From NCBI GenBank assembly GCA_018304465.1, contig JAGVWC010000011.1, positions 32,001-96,000 of the forward strand: a stretch of DNA of 64,000 nt, read 5' to 3'. A program made the position numbers and the translations under genes. Position 1 is the first letter of the stretch; every line of letters starts with the position of its first letter. Origin of the DNA: Candidatus Iainarchaeum sp. GTDB lineage: Archaea > Iainarchaeota > Iainarchaeia > Iainarchaeales > JAGVWC01. Shown here one piece after another: positions 47,451 to 57,268 of this stretch. The notes below the pieces were generated by a model that had not been told where the DNA came from, made no database searches, and saw only the letters and a program-made list of their open reading frames with translations.

Positions 47451-48743
47451 TCAATCCGAAAAAGAATCCCAAATTTTTTGCACAACGCTTTTGTTCGGAT
47501 GTCCCCGAGTCGATTCCAACACGTTCACCAATTCTTTTACCAACGGTCGAAGAACCCTTTTTTTAGCAAGTTTTTTCCCGTTTTTTCCAATGCGGTTTCG
47601 AAGACGGAAATCCGACAACAAGCGATGCAAAACTTCGGCCAGCACGTTCGGATGCGACAACGGAATCACCACCAACGGACTCGATTGAGAAATATCTTTG
47701 GCCAAAAAAACCTCTTTTGGATGAATCGCTTCCATCACCGAAATCGCGCGCGTAGTCGTAACCACAGGCTTTTGCATCGCCATGGCTTCCCACACCGTAT
47801 TAAGATACGATTCCGGATACTGCGAATTGCACACCACCATATCCGCCCGCCGGTATTGTTTGAGAAAATCCTTCCGAACCGAATCCGCGACCGAAAGAAA
47901 ACGGATACGCGATTCGATTCCACAATTTTTTGCAAACTGTCGAATGGCATTCAACGCAAATCGATTGTTCTTATTCGTGGGATCGAAACCACCGAAAATC
48001 AAAACCGAATCCGGAAACTCGGAAGCGATCTTGCTGTATCCAAACAACAAGTCTCCGATGCCCTTGTCCCAGATCAAGCCGGGAACCCGCGGAAAAACCC
48101 GGCCCGGAAAAAGAATCCGTAGTTGTTTGGAAAAACGCGGCACGAAACCCGAAAAAAAATCTTTTGAAATTCCGTTATGCACCAATCGTATTTTTTTGGA
48201 AGACACTTTTTTTTGCGTCAACCATTTTTTCATCAGTAAAGAAGGCACTACGATTCGATTCGGACAAGACAACACCGTTTCCTCGACTTTCCGGTACTTG
48301 AAAAAATGCAGTTCCGATGCTTCTCGAGACACCAACGGAATCTTTCTTTTCGCGCACTCAAGAATCACATTGATCGAAACCCCCAGGAAAAAAAGACGAT
48401 GGATACTGACAAAGAACACGACGTGTTTTCCGGGGTCTGATTCGAATTGATCAAAAAAACGGGTCACCTTTTGACGAAGCGCGTCTGTTGCACTCACCAC
48501 CGTTTTTTTGGACAAAATTTCTTCTTCCGCTAATCGCCACAAATCATGCTCTGTTTTTGAAATCGCCGGGTCAACCACAAACCGAACCCCTTTTTTTACA
48601 AGTCCCGCCGGAGGCCGACTTGACGACAACACGTGCACACAATGCCCCTGATCCAAAAGCTCTTCGACCAGGGTTTCGGTGTACGATTGAAAGCCGCCGA
48701 TGCTCTGAAAGTCACGCGCAATAATACCGATCACAAGCCCCAT
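47451..48743 (-). CDS. GT4 glycosyltransferase
   Basis: GGFQSY, VHNGI, DKGI, PESYLNTVWEAMAMQKPVV. Confidence 0.82.
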   Translation of the reverse strand: MGLVIGIIARDFQSIGGFQSYTETLVEELLDQGHCVHVLSSSRPPAGLVKKGVRFVVDPAISKTEHDLWRLAEEEILSKKTVVSATDALRQKVTRFFDQFESDPGKHVVFFVSIHRLFFLGVSINVILECAKRKIPLVSREASELHFFKYRKVEETVLSCPNRIVVPSLLMKKWLTQKKVSSKKIRLVHNGISKDFFSGFVPRFSKQLRILFPGRVFPRVPGLIWDKGIGDLLFGYSKIASEFPDSVLIFGGFDPTNKNNRFALNAIRQFAKNCGIESRIRFLSVADSVRKDFLKQYRRADMVVCNSQYPESYLNTVWEAMAMQKPVVTTTRAISVMEAIHPKEVFLAKDISQSSPLVVIPLSHPNVLAEVLHRLLSDFRLRNRIGKNGKKLAKKRVLRPLVKELVNVLESTRGHPNKSVVQKIWDSFSD

Positions 48744-48826
48744 AAACAACCCCTGATTTGCAGCTATATAAATGTATCTACTAATTCTACCGACGTTTTT
48801 TTATTGAAATCAATTTTCTATAAATA

Positions 48827-49633
48827 ATGATCAAAAAGGACAAGGGGGTTCATTTACTCGTCATTGCCCCGCACCGCGACGATGAAACACTTGGTTGCGG
48901 CGAATTCATCTTTGATATCCAATCCCAAGGACATTTCGTCTGGGTCGCGTTTCTTACCAGCGGAACTTCCCCGGAAGGAAAATTAAACCATAACGGACAC
49001 GTGCAGCTTCGACGACGCGAAGCGCGACGCGCCTTGAAATTCCTCGGAGTCCCGTCGCACCGCAACATTTTTTTTCCTTTGCTTACCCGAAACACGTACC
49101 GAAAAATTCCTTTTTTATTCGCTCAGCTGTCCAAGCACGTTAAAAAAATCGAGCCCCAATTCATTCTGGCTCCCGCCTTTGAAGGCGGTCATCCCGATCA
49201 TGACGTCGCGTCGTTTTTGGCGCATCTGCTAAAACAACACCACCCCAACGTCGTCGTATTGGAATACGCACTCTACAATTGGAAAAAAGGAGCCCGAAAA
49301 TGCAAAGAGTTCCTGGAAAAAGACGGATTCATCACCTGGCATCCGTCCAAAGAAGCAAAAAAAGCCAAAGCCCGCGCCCTGAATCAATATCGAACCCAGC
49401 AGCACATTCTTTCCCTGGAAAAAAGGACTTTCGTCGAACGGTTTCGACCCCAACCCGAACACGATTATTCCCGTCCGCCCGCGCACCAAAAAGCCCTTTA
49501 TGAACGATGGGCCAGCGGCGTGCGACAACAAGACGTTATTTCACACATATCCGCTTTCGAACAGCAATTCGCCAAAAAAAAACCGAAAAAAAAGCACACG
49601 AAAAAACTTTGGCACTCACTTGTTTTTCGTTAA
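48827..49633 (+). CDS. PIG-L/LmbE-family N-deacetylase
   Basis: APHRDDETLGCG, RRREA, GGHPDH. Confidence 0.88.
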   Translation: MIKKDKGVHLLVIAPHRDDETLGCGEFIFDIQSQGHFVWVAFLTSGTSPEGKLNHNGHVQLRRREARRALKFLGVPSHRNIFFPLLTRNTYRKIPFLFAQLSKHVKKIEPQFILAPAFEGGHPDHDVASFLAHLLKQHHPNVVVLEYALYNWKKGARKCKEFLEKDGFITWHPSKEAKKAKARALNQYRTQQHILSLEKRTFVERFRPQPEHDYSRPPAHQKALYERWASGVRQQDVISHISAFEQQFAKKKPKKKHTKKLWHSLVFR

Positions 49634-50776
49634 CCGCAGGTAAATCTCTTCATACTGTTTCGTTTCTTGTTTCGGATGAAACGAACGCACGCGTTTCATG
49701 GCGGCGGATCCGAGCCGGTCAATCAATTTCGGATCCGCAAAAACCTTTTCGAAAACCATCCGAAGCGATTCGGAATCCCGCGGATTCGCCAAAAGCCCTT
49801 CAGTCTGGTCTTCCAACACCTGCATGACCCCCGGAATACGCGTGCTGACAATCAGCTTTCCGAACAACATTCCATCCAAAACCACGTTTGGACAGCCTTC
49901 GCGCGTGGAAGGAACCACCAGAACATCGCAGTCGTTATACTTTTCGTGGATTTTTTTGCGCGGCACCGGATCGAAAAAACGGATTCGCTTCGAAAGACCC
50001 GTTTTGGCCAGCAATTTTTCATACGATTTTTTTTCCTCCGCGTTGATTCTACCCGTGACCTGTAATTCGAACGGAAAACGCTTTAGCTCCGACAAAGCTT
50101 CGATCAAATACACGAACCCTTTTTTGCGATGAACATCGCCCACGTACCCGATCGAGATTTTTTTTCCTCTTTGACGAGGTTTCACGGGCAAATGTTCCAT
50201 GAAACCGGAATTCGGAATCACCGCGGACTTATCCAGAACAGGGGCGATGACATTTCCGATTTCGCGTAACTCGGGATTCACAAACGTCAAAAAATCCGCG
50301 TTCTGCAAAGTCCAAAGCACCCACGGAAAACGAGTCGCCACGAACACGTTGCGCGCGACATCGCTTCCCCGCACGCTGACCAACACCGGAATCTTCAAAA
50401 TTTTTCCCGCAAGAACGCTGACGTAACCGGTCGGCACCAGAAAATACGCGTGAATCAAATCGAACGAATATTTCCGATGCAAAGACGAAATCGCGAAAAA
50501 AAGATTATCCAATCCCCATTCGTACTGGGAAGAACCGTCATCGGGAGCGACGAAAACCGAATGAAGAAAAAAATTCCCTTTTTTTTCCGTTCGAAAATCG
50601 GATTTGATGAGATCCAATTGATCGGAAGCAAACGCGCCCGCAATCAAGTGAACCTCGAACCGGTCCGACAAATGGGAAATCAACCGATGCGCGGAAATCG
50701 ATACGCCGTCCGAATCCGGGTCAAAATGGTGAACCACCACCGCGATCCGCAATTTTTTATTTTCCATCCCAACCAT
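49616..50776 (-). CDS. GT4 glycosyltransferase
   Basis: DLIHAY, RGSDV, KKG, REGCPNVVLDGM. Confidence 0.88.
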   Translation of the reverse strand: MVGMENKKLRIAVVVHHFDPDSDGVSISAHRLISHLSDRFEVHLIAGAFASDQLDLIKSDFRTEKKGNFFLHSVFVAPDDGSSQYEWGLDNLFFAISSLHRKYSFDLIHAYFLVPTGYVSVLAGKILKIPVLVSVRGSDVARNVFVATRFPWVLWTLQNADFLTFVNPELREIGNVIAPVLDKSAVIPNSGFMEHLPVKPRQRGKKISIGYVGDVHRKKGFVYLIEALSELKRFPFELQVTGRINAEEKKSYEKLLAKTGLSKRIRFFDPVPRKKIHEKYNDCDVLVVPSTREGCPNVVLDGMLFGKLIVSTRIPGVMQVLEDQTEGLLANPRDSESLRMVFEKVFADPKLIDRLGSAAMKRVRSFHPKQETKQYEEIYLRLTKNK

Positions 50777-50872
50777 ACCAACACAGTCAAAGAATAACTA
50801 AAAATACCTTTCTTTTTGTTTTTTTTCAGCTTAACGGAAAAAATCGTTAAAAAAAGCCCGATCGAGGAACAC

Positions 50873-51172
50873 CTAAATCAAACTTCGTCCTTTTTCCATC
50901 AAACGCAAGGCAAACGACAATTCCAAAACCGATCCTAAGAGCGAAAAAAATCGTATCCGAAATCCATTCGGCGTGAACTCTTTGCCCGTTGCGTTCTGCA
51001 AAATCAAATAGTGCCTTCGTTCATCCGCCGAGATTTTTTCCAGTATCCTGCGATTATTCTTGTCTTTGGTCAGTTTCGCCAGATTCGCGTACGTGTGATA
51101 CTCGTTCAATTCGCCTTGCTGAAACCGCAAAATCCTTGCCAGGATATCCGGATCCAGTTCTTTGCTTTTCAT
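50873..51172 (-). pseudogene. Truncated rubrerythrin/ferritin-like N-terminus of a VIT1/CCC1 fusion protein
   Basis: ELNEYHTY...DERRHY...LRLMEKG followed by a stop before the remaining helix and the VIT1 domain. Confidence 0.6.
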
Positions 51173-51269
51173 GACAATCCTCTATATCAACAAGGAAAAA
51201 ACATTTAAGGCTTTATTCCACCGAAAAGAAGACTCAAAAACGTTTTCAAGTTTTTTTCAAATTCGGTTC

Positions 51270-51300
51270 AAAAGAAAAAGAAGAAGGGCTTTCGCCCTCC
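51270..51300 (-). terminator. Intrinsic terminator-like hairpin
   Basis: Minus strand GGAGGGC-GAAA-GCCCTTC followed by a U-rich tract, 8 nt after the stop. Confidence 0.7.
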
Positions 51301-51307
51301 TTTACCG

Positions 51308-53041
51308 TTACTTCCAGATCTGATAGTTTTTGAACTGGACATCCATAAAGTCCGTTCGAAAACCGTCAAAACCCGCGGTTTTGTGGGGCAAACCGCCGGC
51401 ACCGGTATCAACTGTTTCGAGTTTTTTCTCCCATTTTTTGGTGGATGCGTTATAGATGTACAACTTGAGATTAACGCCGTTGCTGACGTTACGGGTCTCG
51501 AGTTTTAGGGGAATCCATGTGTTTTTTGGAAGAAGCGACGGATTCGACTCATGATGATAGGTTCCAGAGAATACTTTTTTGGAGGCAAGGGTGAAATAAT
51601 CCCCGTTGATTTTTTTCTTGATCACGGCTTGTCCATCCACGCGGATTCCGGCATAATACCCGTTGTCCCCATTCTGGAACCGGCTGATCAAGAAAATACC
51701 GTTCGAAGATTTTCGGGTCGACGCGTCGCTTAGGTTATCGCGAACGATCCGAAACCATGCGATTTCCGAGTGATTTTCCCACAGGTGACGCGTTACGAGT
51801 TCGAAGAGATTCTGAGGTCGGTCCCCGAAATCCGTTGTCGCGGAAGACGCGAATTTTACGTGCAACGGATCATTTGCCGCTAATGGTCCCTGTAACGTGG
51901 CTCCGACTCCGTTTGCTTGCGTCATTTTTCCCCCGGCGCGCAGCCAAAAGTATGGATTCGTGTTGTTATCCGGATCACTTTGGTTAAGAACGCTCGTTGA
52001 ATCGAATTGGTATTTGAACGGCGAACTCAACGTTCTGGGAGTGACAGGCGGAATCACCGGCGGATCAACGGGTGGAACGATCGGAGGAACCACCGGAGGA
52101 AAAGTTCCGTTCGGGTCGATTTCCCGAACGCTCATTTTTTTGTAAATCAATCCGTCCGATCCGACGCCATCGCTTCGGAAATAAACCGTCGCGTTTGGAT
52201 TTCCAGATTCGGAACCCGGCCGATTATTGCTGTTCGTCAGTTTTTCCGCCGGATTGATTCCCGAATCACAGGCTCTTCCACCGGCTCCGAAATTGTTTCC
52301 GTTATCGATGAATTCGTTGATCTTGACCCAGTTACCGCCGTTAGCTCCGTCGGTTTCGTCAAGCCACAATTCCAGCTTGACATTCCCGTCAAGAAGATCA
52401 TACACGACGTACTTGTAGCCGATCCATGTGTTTTTCGGCAATCCTCCGCTCCATTTCTGAGTGCTTTTGACGACCGAAGAACTCGGATGCGACGTTTCTT
52501 TTTCAAAATCGATTTTTCCGTCATAGCGCATGCGCGCGGCGATTCCGCGCGTATCGCACAGGTTATCGGTTTCACGTCCGCCAACGGTTCCGTGATTGGT
52601 CCGGGCAAGACCGACAATGCCGCCCCAATTGATTCCGTTATCGGAAATCCGCTTGGCGTACACGGTCATTTCCACGTTGGTCCATCCATCTGTGTGCTGT
52701 GGATCATGGATGTACATGCGCGGAACAGAGCCGGATACTTTGAGTTGCCCGGTTCCGTCCACCTTGTACGAAGCGTTGCCATGGTCGGCATCGAACCAGG
52801 GATCTTTCGGATCGACTCCGGAAAAGTTTCGGGAAACTCCGTTGTCCCAGGTGGAAGTCCATTCTTTTCCGCCGGTCGGATACAGTTCCTTGATCCCGAA
52901 ACGATCTTTTTGAGTCGATGTTTCTGCTGCGAGTGCAGCGGACGCCACCAATGCAATTAATGCAAATGCAATCATGGCAAACATCCGCCAATTCGTGAAT
53001 CGAGTTGTGCGTGTGTTTGTTCGTGTCATTTCTATGTACAT
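51308..53041 (-). CDS. Secreted protein with two concanavalin/laminin G-like beta-sandwich domains joined by a Pro-rich linker
   Basis: Sec signal (..SAALAA), [14 protein letters not shown] strands, FRSD/FRTD ends, [14 protein letters not shown] linker, AGGAG RBS. Confidence 0.7.
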   Translation of the reverse strand: MYIEMTRTNTRTTRFTNWRMFAMIAFALIALVASAALAAETSTQKDRFGIKELYPTGGKEWTSTWDNGVSRNFSGVDPKDPWFDADHGNASYKVDGTGQLKVSGSVPRMYIHDPQHTDGWTNVEMTVYAKRISDNGINWGGIVGLARTNHGTVGGRETDNLCDTRGIAARMRYDGKIDFEKETSHPSSSVVKSTQKWSGGLPKNTWIGYKYVVYDLLDGNVKLELWLDETDGANGGNWVKINEFIDNGNNFGAGGRACDSGINPAEKLTNSNNRPGSESGNPNATVYFRSDGVGSDGLIYKKMSVREIDPNGTFPPVVPPIVPPVDPPVIPPVTPRTLSSPFKYQFDSTSVLNQSDPDNNTNPYFWLRAGGKMTQANGVGATLQGPLAANDPLHVKFASSATTDFGDRPQNLFELVTRHLWENHSEIAWFRIVRDNLSDASTRKSSNGIFLISRFQNGDNGYYAGIRVDGQAVIKKKINGDYFTLASKKVFSGTYHHESNPSLLPKNTWIPLKLETRNVSNGVNLKLYIYNASTKKWEKKLETVDTGAGGLPHKTAGFDGFRTDFMDVQFKNYQIWK

Positions 53042-53412
53042 CTCCTTTTTTGTGGTTTGTACAGACTGCTGTCTAAGGTATGTACGACAGGCATCTGTAC
53101 TACATTGTGTATGATTGACTTATGGTGCAGTTTCTTGGAAGTACTGACCTTTATCCACTCAGGGGTATAACAACTTGACGTTCACCTGCGAGAAAAGCCA
53201 GGGGGCCCCGAAAAAAAGGATAGGCGCACCGCTGTTTTCCAATGAGGCTCCTGGAAACGAATCCAGGTAACTGCCTCCAACAAACCACAAATCGGGGCGA
53301 ATTCCAAAAAAAAGCGGTAAAAAAAGGTTTGTTTGAAGCGTTTTTTGAGCATTTTTCCGGAAAAAAAAGCAGATAACCGGATAATAAAAAACACATTTTT
53401 TATAACCCGGTT

Positions 53413-54594
53413 TTACGGTTGGTTCGTGACTTTAAGCTTTGGCATGGCAAAAACCGTGAACAACAACAAGTAAACAAACACCACCAACGCCATTCCCAAA
53501 AACGAAAACAAGTGATTGATGCCAAACAAAAAGCCGCCCAACAGCGGACCGATGATCTGGCCGCCGGCGCTAAACGAATTATTCAAACCCAATACGACTC
53601 CGCTTTTTCCCTGAACTTTCTTTGTAATCAACGAAGTAACCGCCGGAAAAACCGACGCGTTTCCCGCGACAAAAATCGCAAGCGGAATCAAAAGCGAAAT
53701 CCAGTCGTTTGTCAAGGCAATGAGAAAAAAACCCAGGCCTGACAAAAACAATCCCGCTTGAATCATGCGAACCTCGCCGAAACGATTTACGAGCGTTCCG
53801 CCGACAAACTGCATGATCATGATCAAGACGCCCACATACGTGAAAATCAAACCCATTTGCGTTGCGTTAAAACCCAGTTTTTCGCTCGTATACAACGCCA
53901 ACGTCGCTTCGATTCCCCCGATCATAAAGGTGATCATCAAACTCGACAAAAACAAAAAAAGCAACGGGGAAGACAGATGCGACAAAAGCGAAACTTCCTG
54001 AGAAACGATTTCCTTGCTTTCCGGTTTTTCTTTCGGTTCTTTCAATTTGAAAAAAATCCACAAAAAATTCAGGAACGAAAAACCCGCTGCGAGAAAAAAC
54101 GCGTCTTGCACGGCAAAAGTCGAAGCGAACCCACCGAACGCGGGGCCGAAAATAAAGCCCAGCGAAAACGTCATTCCCATCAAACCCATGGCGTGGCCCC
54201 GCTGTTTTGGAGTCGTCAAATCGGACAACAACGAAATGCACACCGGAAAAATGCCGGCGGCAAAAAAGCCTTCGAGCGCGCGACCAAGAATCGCCATCCA
54301 AAACGAGGTGGCAAACGCGAACACCAGATACGCCGCCATAAAACCCAGGGTGCCCATCATCAAGACTTTTTTCCGCCCGATCCGGTCCGCGAGTTTTCCA
54401 AACACCGGACTAAAAATCAATTGCATCACGGCAAACGTCGCCGTCAAAAAACCGAGTTCAACCGGCGCGGCGCCAAGAGAAAGCGCGTAAAACGGAAGCA
54501 AAGGCAAAATGATTCCAAAGCCCATGGACGTCAGAAAAAGCGTCAACAGAATCGGTTTCATTCCCGGGATCGAAAAAATTTCCTTAAACGACAT
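53413..54594 (-). CDS. MFS transporter, TetA/DHA1-like
   Basis: GKLADRIGRKK motif A, GFIFGPAFGG motif C, about 12 TM helices. Confidence 0.92.
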   Translation of the reverse strand: MSFKEIFSIPGMKPILLTLFLTSMGFGIILPLLPFYALSLGAAPVELGFLTATFAVMQLIFSPVFGKLADRIGRKKVLMMGTLGFMAAYLVFAFATSFWMAILGRALEGFFAAGIFPVCISLLSDLTTPKQRGHAMGLMGMTFSLGFIFGPAFGGFASTFAVQDAFFLAAGFSFLNFLWIFFKLKEPKEKPESKEIVSQEVSLLSHLSSPLLFLFLSSLMITFMIGGIEATLALYTSEKLGFNATQMGLIFTYVGVLIMIMQFVGGTLVNRFGEVRMIQAGLFLSGLGFFLIALTNDWISLLIPLAIFVAGNASVFPAVTSLITKKVQGKSGVVLGLNNSFSAGGQIIGPLLGGFLFGINHLFSFLGMALVVFVYLLLFTVFAMPKLKVTNQP

Positions 54595-54643
54595 GAAACC
54601 ACAAAACCATGCGAGAAATCAAAAAAAAGTTTATATAAACAGA

Positions 54644-55300
54644 TTATAAACAGATCTCTTGGCGTGTTTTTTCCGGAAAACCCCCCGCTATCCACACCCG
54701 GGCAAGATCGACATCCGCCAAAGAAACATCGTGCCCCAACTCGAGCCATTCGCATTGAACCTGACAGCGGGTTTTTTCCAAATACGCAAGCAATTCCGTC
54801 GTCTTGGCGGGAAAAATCAGCGCGTCTTTTTTTCCGGCCAACACCAACACTTTTTTCCCCGATAAATCCGGAATATTCACCGGTTTTGACGGCAACAAAG
54901 GCCTAAGCAAAATAACGCCGGAAATCGAATCGGGATAATGCAACAACAAATTCACCAGCATGTTCGCGCCATTCGAATATCCGACCCCAACCAACGCGTC
55001 CTCGGAAAAAGAATATTCTTTTGCCGCGTTCGAAACAAATTTCTTCAGTTCTTTGGTGCGAAGACGCAAATCCTCCAAATCGAATGCCCCTAGCGCGGTT
55101 CGCCTGAAAAAACGATTCGCGTTTCCTTCCAGCACTTTTCCGCGAGGACACAGAATATTCGCGGCGGGGCGAATTGCTTTTGCAATTTCGAACAAATCGT
55201 TTTCATCTCCGCCCGTGCCATGCAATCCCAGCAATGTCATCGAATCGTTTTTCGCCGATCGCTCGAATCGATGAAAAAAACCCAATTTCGGTGTCGTCAT
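54644..55300 (-). CDS. Alpha/beta hydrolase (MhqD-like carboxylesterase)
   Basis: LHGTGGDENDL, RFFRR, GYSNGANM, GH. Confidence 0.9.
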   Translation of the reverse strand: MTTPKLGFFHRFERSAKNDSMTLLGLHGTGGDENDLFEIAKAIRPAANILCPRGKVLEGNANRFFRRTALGAFDLEDLRLRTKELKKFVSNAAKEYSFSEDALVGVGYSNGANMLVNLLLHYPDSISGVILLRPLLPSKPVNIPDLSGKKVLVLAGKKDALIFPAKTTELLAYLEKTRCQVQCEWLELGHDVSLADVDLARVWIAGGFPEKTRQEICL

Positions 55301-56232
55301 GCCTTCGACTCCGTTTTAAGCAAAGGCAGCGATTGTTCGATTTGCGATCGCATGGATTCAAACCACGGCGGAAGCGTCAATTCTTTTCCCAGTTTTTCCA
55401 CGGATTGATCGATCAAAAAACCAGGCGAATCCGTGGCAATCTCAAACAATGCGCCGCCCGGTTCGTTAAAATAAATCGATTTGAAATAAAACCGCTCGAC
55501 TGCAGGAGTCACGTTTACCTTTTTTTTGACGAGCTGTTCACGCCAACGAACCTGGTGATCGGCGTCTTTGACCCGAAAAGCCACGTGATGAATGCTACCG
55601 TTTCCTTGCCGAGCCAAACGCGAATCCGGCTGAATTTTCACATCCACGAAACTGTTGCCGCTCGAAAACCGGGCCATGTCGCTTTCGGGTTTTTGATGCG
55701 GAGCAAACAAAAGAACTTTTTCTAAAAAATCGGCAGTCCGGCCAAAATCGTTCGGAATCAACGAGACGCCGGCAAATCCGCGGATCGCATGGTCCACAGG
55801 CACATCGCTTTGATTCCACGGCCGGGTGTCAAATAAGGATTCTTGCCCGACTAATTCAACTGACAAACCGCTTGCATCCGAAAAATTCAAAACGGATTCT
55901 CCAAAACGATTCGTTTCCCCAAAAAAAATCTCGTGTTTTTTCAAGCGTTTTTTCCAAAACGAAATCGAATGAAGCGGAACCGAAAACGCCATCGAATCGA
56001 TACTGCCTGCGCCGGGTTTTTGGTCCGGCAGCACCCAATTGAAAAAAGTCAAAATCGTTCCGGGTTTACCGGTAACGTCCCCGAAATACAAATGATACAC
56101 CGACGGGTCGTCAAAATTAACGGTTTTCTTGACAAACCGAAGCCCCAAAATCTTCGTGTAAAAATCAAACGTAGCCTGAGCGTCTGAAGAAATCGCGGTC
56201 ACGTGATGAATCCCGTTGATCGGTGCAATCAT
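55297..56232 (-). CDS. Ring-cleaving dioxygenase, VOC family (MhqO/MhqA-like)
   Basis: GIHHVTA, KKTVNFDDPSVYHLYFG, IHHVAFR, YFKSIYFNEPGG, EIATD. Confidence 0.93.
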   Translation of the reverse strand: MIAPINGIHHVTAISSDAQATFDFYTKILGLRFVKKTVNFDDPSVYHLYFGDVTGKPGTILTFFNWVLPDQKPGAGSIDSMAFSVPLHSISFWKKRLKKHEIFFGETNRFGESVLNFSDASGLSVELVGQESLFDTRPWNQSDVPVDHAIRGFAGVSLIPNDFGRTADFLEKVLLFAPHQKPESDMARFSSGNSFVDVKIQPDSRLARQGNGSIHHVAFRVKDADHQVRWREQLVKKKVNVTPAVERFYFKSIYFNEPGGALFEIATDSPGFLIDQSVEKLGKELTLPPWFESMRSQIEQSLPLLKTESKA

Positions 56233-56311
56233 TACTCAATTATACTCCAAAGTTCTTTAATGGTTTCACTTCAAAAACAAAAATTTTTAAAACAACTGAA
56301 TTATCTTCACT

Positions 56312-56538
56312 ATGGTCGAAAAGGAGGATCAAAAGACCAAATTTATTCCACTCGTTTTCGTGGGAATTGGATTATTGCTGCTGGTCGTCGGATGCATCCA
56401 AGGTTCGCGATTAACGAAGGCTGCGGAAAAGACGCAACAGAACTATTCAACACGCGGCCCACGGGAAGCAGAACACCGTATTCGGATCGCGCGCGAAGCT
56501 TTCTGCCAAAATTCTACATCGGCGAATTAAAACAGTAA
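56312..56538 (+). pseudogene. Internally deleted cytochrome b5-domain lipoprotein
   Basis: Signal ...LLVVGC fused out of frame to GCGKDATELF...YSDRARSFLPKFYIGEL*. The HPGG segment is missing. Confidence 0.72.
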
Positions 56539-56583
56539 CATCTCCTTAATTCTATTCTTTTCTTTTTAATTTAGGAAAATTCT

Positions 56584-56641
56584 GCCAAAAGTTATATTTT
56601 TCTTGTTCGTTTTTATTTCAGCGGATAAAGATATCTTCCCA
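56584..56641. repeat. Dispersed ~58-bp repeat, copy A
   Basis: 51/58 identical to 62530-62587 by manual alignment. Confidence 0.85.
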
Positions 56642-56674
56642 CAACGTTGCGTTTATTACAAAAAAAGAATTTTT

Positions 56675-57079
56675 TCAATCTGATGAAACAATTTCAAAGG
56701 CCAATAAATACTCGTCGTTTATTTTAAGCGCATATTTTCCATTGGCACCCGCTAAACCAACCGTACGGGTATAATATTCAGTCCATCCATCAAAACGCGA
56801 ATCCAACTTCTGCCATCCAAGCTGGTTTAGATCTTGGCTCAAGAGAGTATTTGGGTATTCAACAAACTCGAATTGATTCAGAGTGATTTGGGTTTTTGTC
56901 AGAACATGCAATTCATCGAACGATTCAAAACTTGAACACCGGAAATTAAAATCGGGTGGAAGACTAGCTACATTGCATTGTAATACCGGCTTATTTGCCC
57001 AAAATGGCTTCTCTCCCACACACCCCATCAACAGGAGCCCCCCTACCAGGAGGATACAAACCAAAGAAAGATGTTTCAT
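56675..57079 (-). CDS. Hypothetical lipoprotein
   Basis: Signal ending LLLMGC. Confidence 0.65.
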   Translation of the reverse strand: MKHLSLVCILLVGGLLLMGCVGEKPFWANKPVLQCNVASLPPDFNFRCSSFESFDELHVLTKTQITLNQFEFVEYPNTLLSQDLNQLGWQKLDSRFDGWTEYYTRTVGLAGANGKYALKINDEYLLAFEIVSSD

Positions 57080-57191
57080 GTTTCAAATACAATTAGAAAG
57101 AATAAAAATGTTCCTACAACGCATTTGTTTTGGCAAGAACAATTTCCTTTTTCACGAATTCCACAAAATAAGTTTAATTGCTGTTCTCTTG

Positions 57192-57224
57192 CGTTTTGTT
57201 CGAGCGGATGAAAATATCTTCCCA
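57192..57224. repeat. Dispersed repeat, partial copy C
   Basis: CGTTTTGTTCGAGCGGATGAAAATATCTTCCCA matches the right half of copies A and B. Confidence 0.75.
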
Positions 57225-57268
57225 AATTAACGAGTCTATTTTTAAAAGAAATTTTGTTTGGATCGGTT

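Noticed and set aside
53150-53400. Possible tRNA or riboswitch in the long intergenic region
   Set aside because: No cloverleaf, T-loop or known aptamer consensus was recognised by eye.
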